Positions 51,618 through 60,361 of a DNA stretch of 64,000 bases are shown here, in pieces (the stretch's first letter is position 1; the number at the start of each line of letters is the position of its first letter). Location: positions 1,824,001-1,888,000 of the forward strand of contig CBDASK010000003.1 in assembly GCA_965199495.1 (NCBI GenBank), in the 5' to 3' direction. The DNA is from Abditibacterium sp. Its GTDB lineage: Bacteria > Armatimonadota > Abditibacteriia > Abditibacteriales > Abditibacteriaceae. The position numbers were made by a program, and so were the translations under genes. Below the pieces are notes generated by a model. The model saw nothing but the letters and a program-made list of their open reading frames with translations. It was not told where the DNA came from and made no database searches.

Positions 51618-52721
51618 TTAATGCGCGCCCGGCGTCTGCGACGGCACGGCGCGCGCGATTTGCCAACCCAATTCGTTGAGCGCCTTCAAACTGCCACGGC
51701 TGTTGCTGTTGATTAAAATCGCCCAACTCAAGCCCGATTGGAGTCGCACCAACAGCGCGTTGCTGCCCGCAATGCCGCCGCTATGCCAAATCGTGCCCTT
51801 GTCGTTGACGCTCCAACCGCACGCGATATTGGGATTTAAAGCGCCCGGCGCCGTCATAATTTTCACGGTTTCGGGTTTCAATAATTCGGGAAAACGCGTG
51901 GCGAAACGCACCAAATCGGTCGGCGTCGCCAGCCAACCGGCGCACGCTTCTAATCTCGCCATGTTGCGCGCATACGGATCATCGCCGGTTTGGTCGAAGT
52001 AGCGCACTTCGCCCGGCGATTGCTCGCGCGTCGCCAAACGCATTTGCGTAATTTTGCAGGGCGCCAAGACGTTTTCGCGTGTCCAATCGGCGTAACTCTG
52101 CGCGGTCAATTTGCCAATAATCCAGCCCAGCAAACAGTAGCCGACATTGGAATAAACGTATTTTTCGCCCGGCGCGTATTGCAACGGGCGCCGCCGCAAA
52201 ACCCATTCGAGCCACTCGCGTTGCGCCATTTCGGGATGGCGCAAAGTCGGGCCGCGCCCGTCGTTGGGCCAGCCGCCGCTTTCGTGCTGGAGCAGATGAC
52301 GCACGGTAATCGCGTTCAAATTGTCGGGCAAATCGGCGCCGAATTCGCCGTCGAGCAGACCGCCATCACCGAAAACTTTATCTTCTAATTTCAAAAACCC
52401 ACGTTCAATCAGAATAAAAATCGCGACCGCCGTAATCGGCTTGGTCACGCTGGCAATGCGAAACAAATTGTCCGCCGTGGCTACCTCGCCGCCCGGCTCG
52501 ATTTCGCCCCACGCGCGGCGAAATACCAATTCGTCCGGGCGCGCGAACGCCAGCGAAAGCGCGGGCACTTGGTGCGCTTTCATCCAATCGCCGACCAATT
52601 CGTCAACTGTCACGCTCGATTGTTGCGGTTCGGCCCCTGCAGCCACGGCGCCGCGCCCGGCCAGAGCGCCTGCGAGTGGAATCGCTGCGAGAGCGTTAAG
52701 AAGTTTGCGCCGTGTCGTCAT
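51618..52721 (-). CDS. Tat-exported serine hydrolase (beta-lactamase class C/PBP-like)
   Basis: TRRKLL signal; FRIASVTK (SxxK), LLQHESG, YSNVGY and HSGG. Confidence 0.88.
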   Translation of the reverse strand: MTTRRKLLNALAAIPLAGALAGRGAVAAGAEPQQSSVTVDELVGDWMKAHQVPALSLAFARPDELVFRRAWGEIEPGGEVATADNLFRIASVTKPITAVAIFILIERGFLKLEDKVFGDGGLLDGEFGADLPDNLNAITVRHLLQHESGGWPNDGRGPTLRHPEMAQREWLEWVLRRRPLQYAPGEKYVYSNVGYCLLGWIIGKLTAQSYADWTRENVLAPCKITQMRLATREQSPGEVRYFDQTGDDPYARNMARLEACAGWLATPTDLVRFATRFPELLKPETVKIMTAPGALNPNIACGWSVNDKGTIWHSGGIAGSNALLVRLQSGLSWAILINSNSRGSLKALNELGWQIARAVPSQTPGAH

Positions 52722-52723
52722 CC

Positions 52724-52886
52724 TTAGTGCCTATCCCAATAGGAAGCGAAATCTTGAAGAGGCGGGGCTGACGCACCCTTCCAATCTGGTGCAAGTTCGA
52801 ACAAAGCCCGCCGATTGGAAGGGTGCGTCAGCCCCGCCCCGTCACTTAATCGTATTCTGGTTTTGCCTATTGGCATAGGCTCTTAA
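52724..52886. repeat. family B doublet nested in an outer imperfect inverted repeat
   Basis: Inner GGCGGGGCTGACGCACCCTTCCAATC...GATTGGAAGGGTGCGTCAGCCCCGCC; outer AGTGCCTATCCCAATAGG...CCTATTGGCATAGGCTCT. Confidence 0.8.
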
Positions 52887-53272
52887 CCGGACGAAAGAGC
52901 GCCGTCAAAGACGCCTTTACCTCTATTTTTCGGGGCCGCAAACTTCGCGCGTGCGCCGCTTATTTCGTCCAAGCGCGCGTTCAGCGATTTCAATTCTTCG
53001 CCCGCCAATTTCGCCCGCGCCTTGTCCGCTTCGCTCCACTGTTTTTTGGCGAATAGCGCGCTATAAGTGCGTTTATATTGCTCGATGTCGCGCCCCAGTT
53101 TGTCGCGCTCAACTTCAATCGAATTCAATTCGATTTTTTGCTGCTGGCGCACTTGGTCGCGCTGAACTTTGTCGAAATGCGACCAGCCGATGAGCGCCAG
53201 CGAAAACAGCAGCCAAACGTAGGGAGGAAGCCGCCAGAACCAGAGCCACGCCGCCTTGAACTTTTGCTTCAT
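52883..53272 (-). CDS. hypothetical membrane-anchored coiled-coil protein
   Basis: One N-terminal TM followed by a charged helical region. Confidence 0.55.
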   Translation of the reverse strand: MKQKFKAAWLWFWRLPPYVWLLFSLALIGWSHFDKVQRDQVRQQQKIELNSIEVERDKLGRDIEQYKRTYSALFAKKQWSEADKARAKLAGEELKSLNARLDEISGARAKFAAPKNRGKGVFDGALSSG

Positions 53273-53292
53273 GAACTGATTTTATCGCAAAT

Positions 53293-53940
53293 TCAATCCG
53301 TCGCCGAGGCGCCGACAACTGTCAACAATCGCGTTTGCGGCGAGTAAACCGTCCACCAAAACGCGCCCCACCATTCGTGTCCAGCATCGAAATAATTCGA
53401 CCAATTGGTTGACCAACTGTAAATTGCGCAATCGCTCAAATCGCCGTTCCATAATTGCTTGTTGACGCGCTCGAAAAGCTCGATCTGCTCTTTGGGCGAC
53501 AGTCTCAGAGGATACGGCGGATTGAAAAACGCGGTCTTGTAGCCGTCTCTTTCGGGAATCAAAAAGGAACTTTTTCCCGTCGGTGTGGGAAACGCGTCGT
53601 CGTTGCCCCAAAACTGCGCGGCACGAATCAGCGCGCCATTTAATTTGGCGGCGTCGAAACTCACGCGCCAAAACTGTTCGAGGGGAAAATCTCGGTTGCT
53701 CAAAGTTTGCGCGCGATGATCGTAAAACGCGGCGATGCGCTCCATCGCTTCGAGCGCCATTTGGGCGTGGCTGCTTTGGTCGGGCGCGTCGTTTTGTCGA
53801 AACGGCACGTAATTTAGCACGCAACCGATGTTATCGAGAACATCGAGCGTTTCGTTTAGATGCGGTTCGTCTGGCAAGGCAACAAATTGAGGAAAGGTGA
53901 GCGTTTGCATGAACGTTTTACGCGCGCGTTTACGCTTCAA
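53293..53940 (-). CDS. conserved-looking hypothetical protein
   Basis: AFFNPPY and WSTNWSNYFDAGHEWWGAFWWT..GASATD; start may be at 53910. Confidence 0.65.
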   Translation of the reverse strand: MKRKRARKTFMQTLTFPQFVALPDEPHLNETLDVLDNIGCVLNYVPFRQNDAPDQSSHAQMALEAMERIAAFYDHRAQTLSNRDFPLEQFWRVSFDAAKLNGALIRAAQFWGNDDAFPTPTGKSSFLIPERDGYKTAFFNPPYPLRLSPKEQIELFERVNKQLWNGDLSDCAIYSWSTNWSNYFDAGHEWWGAFWWTVYSPQTRLLTVVGASATD

Positions 53941-54496
53941 CTTTTAAATTGCCAAAACGCAGCCGCGTTTTCTCGATCATACGCGCAATCGAATCTTCGC
54001 CGCTCAACTTTTGCGCTTCGTCGAGGGAAACCCATTTCACCGCGCGCGATTCTTCGCTGACGACTGGCGCCTGTTCCAAATTGGCGCGCAGCAAAAAACG
54101 CACATCGTAATGAACGTGCGCGGGCGTGTTCCAGTATTCTGGAATATCGTGCGCGTCCACATCGAAAATCGCGTTGTCGTGCGCCCACACATCCAAACCG
54201 GTTTCTTCGCGCGCCTCGCGCACGGCGACGCTTAAAACGTCGCTTTCGTCTTCGCAATGTCCGCCGGGTTGCACCCATTTTTGCAGCTTATTATGAAACA
54301 CCAAAACCACGTTTTCGCCGCTTTCGTCCACGATCCACGACGAGCCGGTGACGTGCCCCCAATCGGGAGATTCGCCCGCCAAATCGCGCCCGAAGTGCGC
54401 GCCTTCAATCGCCAGAAACCGTTTTAATCGTTCGACCATCGCGCTTTCGTGCGCGTCGAAGGGCTGGTAATTTTCCAAAAGTTCGTTTAAATTCAC
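53930..54496 (-). CDS. NUDIX hydrolase
   Basis: GHVTGS, WVQPGGHCE..AVREAREETGL (Nudix box) and HVHYDVRF. Confidence 0.92.
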   Translation of the reverse strand: MNLNELLENYQPFDAHESAMVERLKRFLAIEGAHFGRDLAGESPDWGHVTGSSWIVDESGENVVLVFHNKLQKWVQPGGHCEDESDVLSVAVREAREETGLDVWAHDNAIFDVDAHDIPEYWNTPAHVHYDVRFLLRANLEQAPVVSEESRAVKWVSLDEAQKLSGEDSIARMIEKTRLRFGNLKVEA

Positions 54497-54596
54497 AATT
54501 TCAGTTTAGCGCGCTTGAAGCCGCTCCAAAACTTGAATGAGCACAAAAAACGCCGCGACAAATCCATATCGCGGCATTTTCTCGTTGGCTGTTCGC

Positions 54597-55793
54597 TCAA
54601 GGAGTTTGTAAATTCGGCAACTGATTGATAACGCCCGGTTTCAACACGCCCGGCTTGATGATAATGCCCGGATTTATGATGAGGTTGGGCGAAACGGTTT
54701 TGATGTAATAACCGTATTTGGCGTAGGTGCGGATGTAATCGTAGGAGAGATAGCCGTAGCCCGAATGTTGCCAATTCGCGCCCCACGAGTTTTTCACGAT
54801 GAAATACTTTTTGGCCGAGTCGAATCCGCAAATTACCATCGCGTGGCCCGCCGTGGCTGCCATCGGCTGGTTGGTCGCCGAGTTGATGACGACATCCAAA
54901 ACGCCGTCGGCGTTGGCGCTGCCCCACGCGACGAAAGTGCCGAAAACGATGTTGTTGCCCGCGCGCAAAACCGATTCCAGATAGCGCGGATTTTTGATGC
55001 TGGCCGCGCCATCCGCACCGCCATCGCTAATCAACTGGTAGGACGTAATTTTATACTTCTGCGCGGCGGCAGCGGCGGCGGGCACCGTCGTGTTGGCGGC
55101 TGGAATGCTGTTGGTATAGGGCCACAGGCTTTCCACGACAGTGCCATCGGCCAGATAAATCGCCGATTGGGTCGTTACGATGCCCTTGTCGTAATCGGGT
55201 TTGCGGTTCTCTTTGCGCATGAACAGATCGTAAGAATACTGTTCCGACAGGTCGTCGGGAATGGACTTGAAGGCCTCCATCGCGGCGTTGGCGGCATGGG
55301 CGACGCAGGTGCCGCGCGGCCCCTGATCGCGAATCGGCGTCATATCCGCGCGATGGTCAACGACCGTCGGAATGAAAACTTTGCCCAGCACAAACGGCGA
55401 TGTGCGAATCGTAGCGAGCGGCTCTTTGAGGCGAATATAGGGCGCGAACTCCTGCAAATCGGCGGGCACTTCGTCGGTGTTGACTTCGGGCGCTTGCATC
55501 AAATCCAGCGGAATCAGCGCTTTTTCCTCGCCGTTTTCCAATTTGATAAAGGGAATATCGGCTCTCAGGAAAAACCGGTTGTCGAAAGTGGCGGGCGCGA
55601 CTTTGAGTTTGGTCGCCAACAAATGCGCCTGAAGTTGCGGCGAAACGTTGACCTGAAAAGTTGGGACGTTCCTAATCTGCAAATTCGGTTGCAGATTTGG
55701 AATTTGAGCTTTGGCGGGCGCGCTCGCCAACAGACTTCCAGTCACGGCCAAGGCAAGTGGCAACGCGTGACGCGAGGAAAAAGATTTTAACAT
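54597..55793 (-). CDS. secreted C1A papain-like cysteine protease
   Basis: Signal peptide; DQGPRGTCVAHA (Q, C), LSEQY, GHAMVICGFD (H) and KNSWG (N). Confidence 0.9.
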   Translation of the reverse strand: MLKSFSSRHALPLALAVTGSLLASAPAKAQIPNLQPNLQIRNVPTFQVNVSPQLQAHLLATKLKVAPATFDNRFFLRADIPFIKLENGEEKALIPLDLMQAPEVNTDEVPADLQEFAPYIRLKEPLATIRTSPFVLGKVFIPTVVDHRADMTPIRDQGPRGTCVAHAANAAMEAFKSIPDDLSEQYSYDLFMRKENRKPDYDKGIVTTQSAIYLADGTVVESLWPYTNSIPAANTTVPAAAAAAQKYKITSYQLISDGGADGAASIKNPRYLESVLRAGNNIVFGTFVAWGSANADGVLDVVINSATNQPMAATAGHAMVICGFDSAKKYFIVKNSWGANWQHSGYGYLSYDYIRTYAKYGYYIKTVSPNLIINPGIIIKPGVLKPGVINQLPNLQTP

Positions 55794-55956
55794 GGTTCTC
55801 TCCAGAGTAAATTCGCGCGATTCTAATCATTGACAATGACAAAATTATTTGTTCTATAATTAATGATTATTGAATTGCACATCTCTACTTTTACCACATT
55901 TACCAAAAAAAACAACCCGCGATAAAATCGCGAGTTGTTTTTATTTATCTTCGGCT

Positions 55957-56436
55957 TTAACCGGTGATATTGACAGTGATTTTATAAACCTTTGCAGGTT
56001 CTTTATCGGTTTCCCACGGGCGCGCATATTTCAGTTGCAGCGCGACTTTGCCGATACTTTTGGCCTTGAAGAAAAGCGTCTGAATGGTCGGCGCGCCGTC
56101 CAAATCATTGTCGGTCACGTCGAAGGCGGTTTCGCCATCGGGCGCCAGCAGTTTCTCGTCGGATTTGTCCACGCTCCACTCGTAGCCGGTCGAAGGATTG
56201 CTGCCCAGTTTCACCAACAAACGTTGGCCGACTTTGACCGAAACGGCTTTTCCGTTTTCCTTGTCGGTGACGATGACATCGTCTAATTTGGGCGTCAGGG
56301 GTTTTTCGGGCATGGCGGGTTTTTCGGGTTCGGGCACTGCGGTCTGCGCGTTGGCGCAACCGCCGAAAAGCGCGAGCGCAATTGTGGGCAACAAAGCGCC
56401 CGACACAGAAAGTCGAAAGAGTCGTAATTTTCGCAT
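55957..56436 (-). CDS. chagasin-family (I42) cysteine protease inhibitor, probable lipoprotein
   Basis: NPSTGYEW, GAP and YARPWE loops; LFGGC lipobox-like signal. Confidence 0.9.
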   Translation of the reverse strand: MRKLRLFRLSVSGALLPTIALALFGGCANAQTAVPEPEKPAMPEKPLTPKLDDVIVTDKENGKAVSVKVGQRLLVKLGSNPSTGYEWSVDKSDEKLLAPDGETAFDVTDNDLDGAPTIQTLFFKAKSIGKVALQLKYARPWETDKEPAKVYKITVNITG

Positions 56437-56587
56437 GGTTTCCTCCGCAAATTGGTTTGATAATTCAGACTATTTTATCAAGGGCGAGTTGCAAAATACG
56501 ACCACTTCACGTTCGGGAATGTTTCAACTCTCGCCCAAAGCGCCTTATGTAACAATCGGCATTACAATTGCCCTACACGCTCGCTCT

Positions 56588-57133
56588 ATGTCACCCCTTC
56601 AACTTGCCGGACAACCTTTGCCCGCCATCACGTTGCCGACTTTGAGCGGCGACCAAATCACGCTCGGTCAGGGTGGGGCGAGCGATTGGCACGTCGTTGT
56701 GGTTTATCGCGGCTTGCACTGCCCAATTTGCAAAAAATATCTGAGCCAACTCGAATCGCTCCAGAGCCAGTTCGCCGATGCCGGAGCCGACGTGATAGCT
56801 GTCAGCGCCGACCCGCAAGACAAAGCGCAACGGATGGCCGACGAAACCGGCGCAAGATTCCCCGTCGCCTACGATTTATCGCTGGAACAAATGCAGTCGC
56901 TGGGGCTTTTCATTTCCGATCCGCTTCCCGGCGAAACCGACCGGCCTTTCGCCGAACCAGGCCTATTCGTCGTCAATGCGCAGGGCATCGCCCAGCTCGT
57001 TGACGTGGCCAACGCGCCCTTTTTGCGGCCCGACTTGGACGGTTTGCCCGGTGGTCTGGCGTTCCTCAAGGCCAAAAATCATCCGGTGCGCGGCACCTAT
57101 TCTGCGGGTCAAACGGGCGACATCGCCGCATAA
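56588..57133 (+). CDS. AhpC/TSA peroxiredoxin-like protein
   Basis: YRGLHCPIC, AVSAD, FAEPGLFVVN, PFLRP and PVRGT. Confidence 0.85.
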   Translation: MSPLQLAGQPLPAITLPTLSGDQITLGQGGASDWHVVVVYRGLHCPICKKYLSQLESLQSQFADAGADVIAVSADPQDKAQRMADETGARFPVAYDLSLEQMQSLGLFISDPLPGETDRPFAEPGLFVVNAQGIAQLVDVANAPFLRPDLDGLPGGLAFLKAKNHPVRGTYSAGQTGDIAA

Positions 57134-57203
57134 AAATACGCAACGCGCGCGAACTTCAAGTTACAGTTTGGCGAGTTGCACGTTCAGAACAACTTCAAAA
57201 ATC

Positions 57204-57914
57204 ATGTCAAAAATCGCATTAATTACCGGCGCCAACAAGGGCATCGGACTCGAAACGGCGCGCCAACTGGCGCGCGATCACGGCTTCACCGTGTTGGTCG
57301 GCGCGCGCGACGAAGAGCGCGGCACAACTGCCACAAATGAACTGAAAAGCGCGGGGTTGGACGCGCAATTGTTAATCCTTGACCCGACCGACGCAGAATC
57401 TATTGCGAAAGCGGCGGCCAAAGTCGAGGCCGATTTCGGCCATCTGGACGTGTTGGTCAATAACGCGGGCACCGGCTCGAAAGAGGATGGCGCGTTGGTC
57501 GAATTGGACGCGTTGCGCGAGATTTACGATCTCAACGTTTTCGGCTTACACGCCGTCACGCGAGCGTTTTGGCCGTTGCTGGAAAAATCCGATGCCGCGC
57601 GTCTGGTCAACGTCTCCTCGATTTTGGGCAGCCTGACCTTAGTTAAAAACGGCGAATTTGGCGACCATAACGCTCTCGCTTACGATTCGAGCAAAGCCGC
57701 TGTCAACATGATGACGCTCCATTACGCACAAAAGTGGAAGGACACGCCGCATCGCGCCAACACGATTCATCCGGGCAGCGTTGTCACCGATCTCAATCCC
57801 GGCGGCGATATTCCGGTCGAAGAAGGCGCCAAAAGTTCGGTCGAAATGGCGACGGTTCCCAACGACGGGCCAAACGGAACTTACACGCATTTGGGCGAAA
57901 CTTTGCCCTGGTAA
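57204..57914 (+). CDS. SDR oxidoreductase (carbonyl reductase-like)
   Basis: TGANKGIG, LVNNAG, YDSSK and HPGSVVTDL. Confidence 0.9.
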   Translation: MSKIALITGANKGIGLETARQLARDHGFTVLVGARDEERGTTATNELKSAGLDAQLLILDPTDAESIAKAAAKVEADFGHLDVLVNNAGTGSKEDGALVELDALREIYDLNVFGLHAVTRAFWPLLEKSDAARLVNVSSILGSLTLVKNGEFGDHNALAYDSSKAAVNMMTLHYAQKWKDTPHRANTIHPGSVVTDLNPGGDIPVEEGAKSSVEMATVPNDGPNGTYTHLGETLPW

Positions 57915-57980
57915 CTTGCGAATTAATTCCAATCAAGGCGCCGTGGCTTATAGCCGCGGCGCCTTGATTGCGACGGATTA

Positions 57981-59078
57981 ATGCTTAATTTTATGTCTCA
58001 TTACCTTTTTACGCCGCTTCAAGTCGGCGCTTTTAACTTGCCCAATCGCGTCGTGTTGGCGCCGCTCACGCGTTGCCGCGCCGATGCTGGTCGCGTGCCG
58101 AGCGCGCAGGCCGTCGAGTATTATCGTCAACGCGCCAGCGCCGGTTTGATGCTGAGCGAAGCCACAGCGGTCATGCCGATGGGCGTGGGTTATCCCGATA
58201 CGCCCGGCATTTGGTCAGACGCACAAATCGAAAGTTGGAAGAAAGTTACCGAAGCGGTTCACGCGGCGGGCGGGCGTATTTTGCTGCAATTGTGGCACGT
58301 CGGGCGCATTTCCGATCCGATGTATCTGGACGGCGCGTTGCCGGTGGCTCCTTCGGCGATTGCGCCCGAAGGTCACGTTTCGCTCGTGCGCCCCCAAAAG
58401 CCGTATATTGTGCCGCGCGCGCTGCAAACCGACGAAATTCCTGCCATCGTCGAAGCGTTTCGCGTGGGCGCCCAAAACGCCAAAACCGCCGGTTTCGATG
58501 GCGTCGAAATTCACGGCGCCAATGGTTATTTGCTCGAACAGTTTTTGCTGGCCAAATCGAATGCGCGCACGGATAATTATGGCGGTTCGACCGAAAACCG
58601 CGCGCGTTTCCCGCTCGAAGTCGTGGACGCAGTGTTGTCGGTCTGGCCGTCGAATCGCGTGGGTTATCATCTGTCGCCCAACGCCGATGTCGGCAATTTG
58701 GCCGACGAAACTTCGGATGATTCGTATTTATACTTGGCGCGCGAACTGGGAAAACGCAATTTGGCGTTCATTTTCACGCGCGAAAGTCGCGACGGCGATT
58801 ATCTACAACCGAAAATCAAAGCCGAATTTGGCGGCATCACTATCGCCAATCAGGGTTTCACCAAAGCCGAAGCCGAAAAATTGCTGGAAAGCGGCGAGGC
58901 CGACGCCATCGCGTGGGGGCAATTGTTCATCGCCAACCCCGATTTGCCGATTCGTCTGCAAACCGACGCGCCGCTCAATGAACCAAATCCGGCAACGTTT
59001 TATCAATATCCCAGCGGCGACAAAAACGAAGGTTACACCGATTATCCGTCGCTGCGATTGACCAATTCCAGCTCGTAA
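57981..59078 (+). CDS. old yellow enzyme / alkene reductase (NemA/XenB-like)
   Basis: APLTRCRA, YYRQRASAG, QLWHVGR, EIHGANGYL and FIANPDL; start may be at 57993. Confidence 0.92.
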   Translation: MLNFMSHYLFTPLQVGAFNLPNRVVLAPLTRCRADAGRVPSAQAVEYYRQRASAGLMLSEATAVMPMGVGYPDTPGIWSDAQIESWKKVTEAVHAAGGRILLQLWHVGRISDPMYLDGALPVAPSAIAPEGHVSLVRPQKPYIVPRALQTDEIPAIVEAFRVGAQNAKTAGFDGVEIHGANGYLLEQFLLAKSNARTDNYGGSTENRARFPLEVVDAVLSVWPSNRVGYHLSPNADVGNLADETSDDSYLYLARELGKRNLAFIFTRESRDGDYLQPKIKAEFGGITIANQGFTKAEAEKLLESGEADAIAWGQLFIANPDLPIRLQTDAPLNEPNPATFYQYPSGDKNEGYTDYPSLRLTNSSS

Positions 59079-59107
59079 AAGTAAACTGCGCGTTCGAGTC
59101 AATCCCG

Positions 59108-59689
59108 ATGCCCGACGCCGAATTTACCGACGAGACTTCTGCGCCCGACCCCAGCTACGGCGCCCGTGGCTGCGTGTTGTTTGCGAGCTTAAAGCACGTC
59201 TTCTGGCGCGCACCGCGCCGCTATGAATGGTTAATTTGCGCGCTTTTGCCGGTAGTTTGGCTGGGGTTTGGCGCGACGCCAATTCAATTACTATTGGTTT
59301 TGTGCGGTGCCGCGTTGGGAGTGCGCGGCGTAGAATTGGCTGACTATTACGGGCGAAATCAATGGCCGCACGACCAGCGCAAGCAACAATATCCGATCAA
59401 GGTTTATTACGCGATTTGGCTGCTGTTGCTACTTAGCGGACTCATCAAAGCCTTTTTCGTTCAGCTTTTCACAGAACCCGGCGAGACGTTAATCGGAATC
59501 GGAATTGTCGCCGCGTTTCTGGCGTGGTTGGCTCCGATGATGTGGTCGCTCGACCGCGTTTTCAAACCGTGGGCGCAGCGCGGCGGCGACAAAGTTGCGC
59601 CCGCACTTGTCTTCGTATTTTTGTGCGGATGTTGGTTTTTCGTTTCGATGTTTTTGCTATTGCACGTCACCGGCAAGCTGACTTCGTAG
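59108..59689 (+). CDS. hypothetical membrane protein
   Basis: About five hydrophobic segments. Confidence 0.55.
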   Translation: MPDAEFTDETSAPDPSYGARGCVLFASLKHVFWRAPRRYEWLICALLPVVWLGFGATPIQLLLVLCGAALGVRGVELADYYGRNQWPHDQRKQQYPIKVYYAIWLLLLLSGLIKAFFVQLFTEPGETLIGIGIVAAFLAWLAPMMWSLDRVFKPWAQRGGDKVAPALVFVFLCGCWFFVSMFLLLHVTGKLTS

Positions 59690-59761
59690 AAATCTTATTG
59701 CAATGCTCGACTCCACTTCGCTCCCGCCGCCATCGCTTGTTGCAAGCAAAGGCATTTTCCC

Positions 59762-60298
59762 ATGAACCTTCCCGATTTATGGCGCTCGTTTTACGCGGGA
59801 AAATCGCCAATCGCGTATTTGTTGCGCGAGCAAATTCCTGACAAGTGGTTGCGTATCCACTCGCTACCAGAATCTAAGCGTTATGCGGAAGACGAGACCG
59901 AATCGTGCGAGATTTTGCGGCGCTATAATTGTGTGGCAAGCGATGTTTTGGGCGAAAACGCGGCGTGCGTTATTTTTCTCTCTGGATGGGAAGTTCACGA
60001 GTATCCCGATTTGTTCAACCAGTTCGAGCGCCAATTTTTTTATAGATTTCGCACCGAAGAGTTGCGTTTCACGATGTTCGCGGCGCAAACGCAGTGGCAA
60101 AGCCATCAGTTTGACGAGATATTGCATCGGGTTGCGAATTGGGAAATCGCCTCTCTTCCCTGGATGAACGCGCAAACCGGCGAAATTTTCGCGCCTTACG
60201 ACGGCGGCGCTGACTTATTTTTGAGTTCGACCGAACGCCGCAATGCGATGCGCGCCCGCTACTCCGATTGGCTTTCAACTTATCCCGGCGGGCTTTGA
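59762..60298 (+). CDS. hypothetical protein (DUF3885-like)
   Basis: WLRIHSLPESKRYAE, FAPYDGGADL and YSDWLS..P.GL. Confidence 0.7.
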   Translation: MNLPDLWRSFYAGKSPIAYLLREQIPDKWLRIHSLPESKRYAEDETESCEILRRYNCVASDVLGENAACVIFLSGWEVHEYPDLFNQFERQFFYRFRTEELRFTMFAAQTQWQSHQFDEILHRVANWEIASLPWMNAQTGEIFAPYDGGADLFLSSTERRNAMRARYSDWLSTYPGGL

Positions 60299-60320
60299 AA
60301 ATTGCGTAGCAATTAAAGTG

Positions 60321-60355
60321 AAAAAGAGCGGCGTCAATTGTGACGCCGCTCTTTT
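60321..60355. terminator. Bidirectional terminator ending the ftsA transcript
   Basis: AAAAAGAGCGGCGTCA-AT-TGTGACGCCGCTCTTTT between convergent genes. Confidence 0.75.
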
Positions 60356-60361
60356 GCCAAT

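Noticed and set aside
49221..52900. Integrative element or prophage at tRNA-Val
   Set aside because: No integrase or phage genes, and I saw no duplicated tRNA 3' end (att site) in the window.
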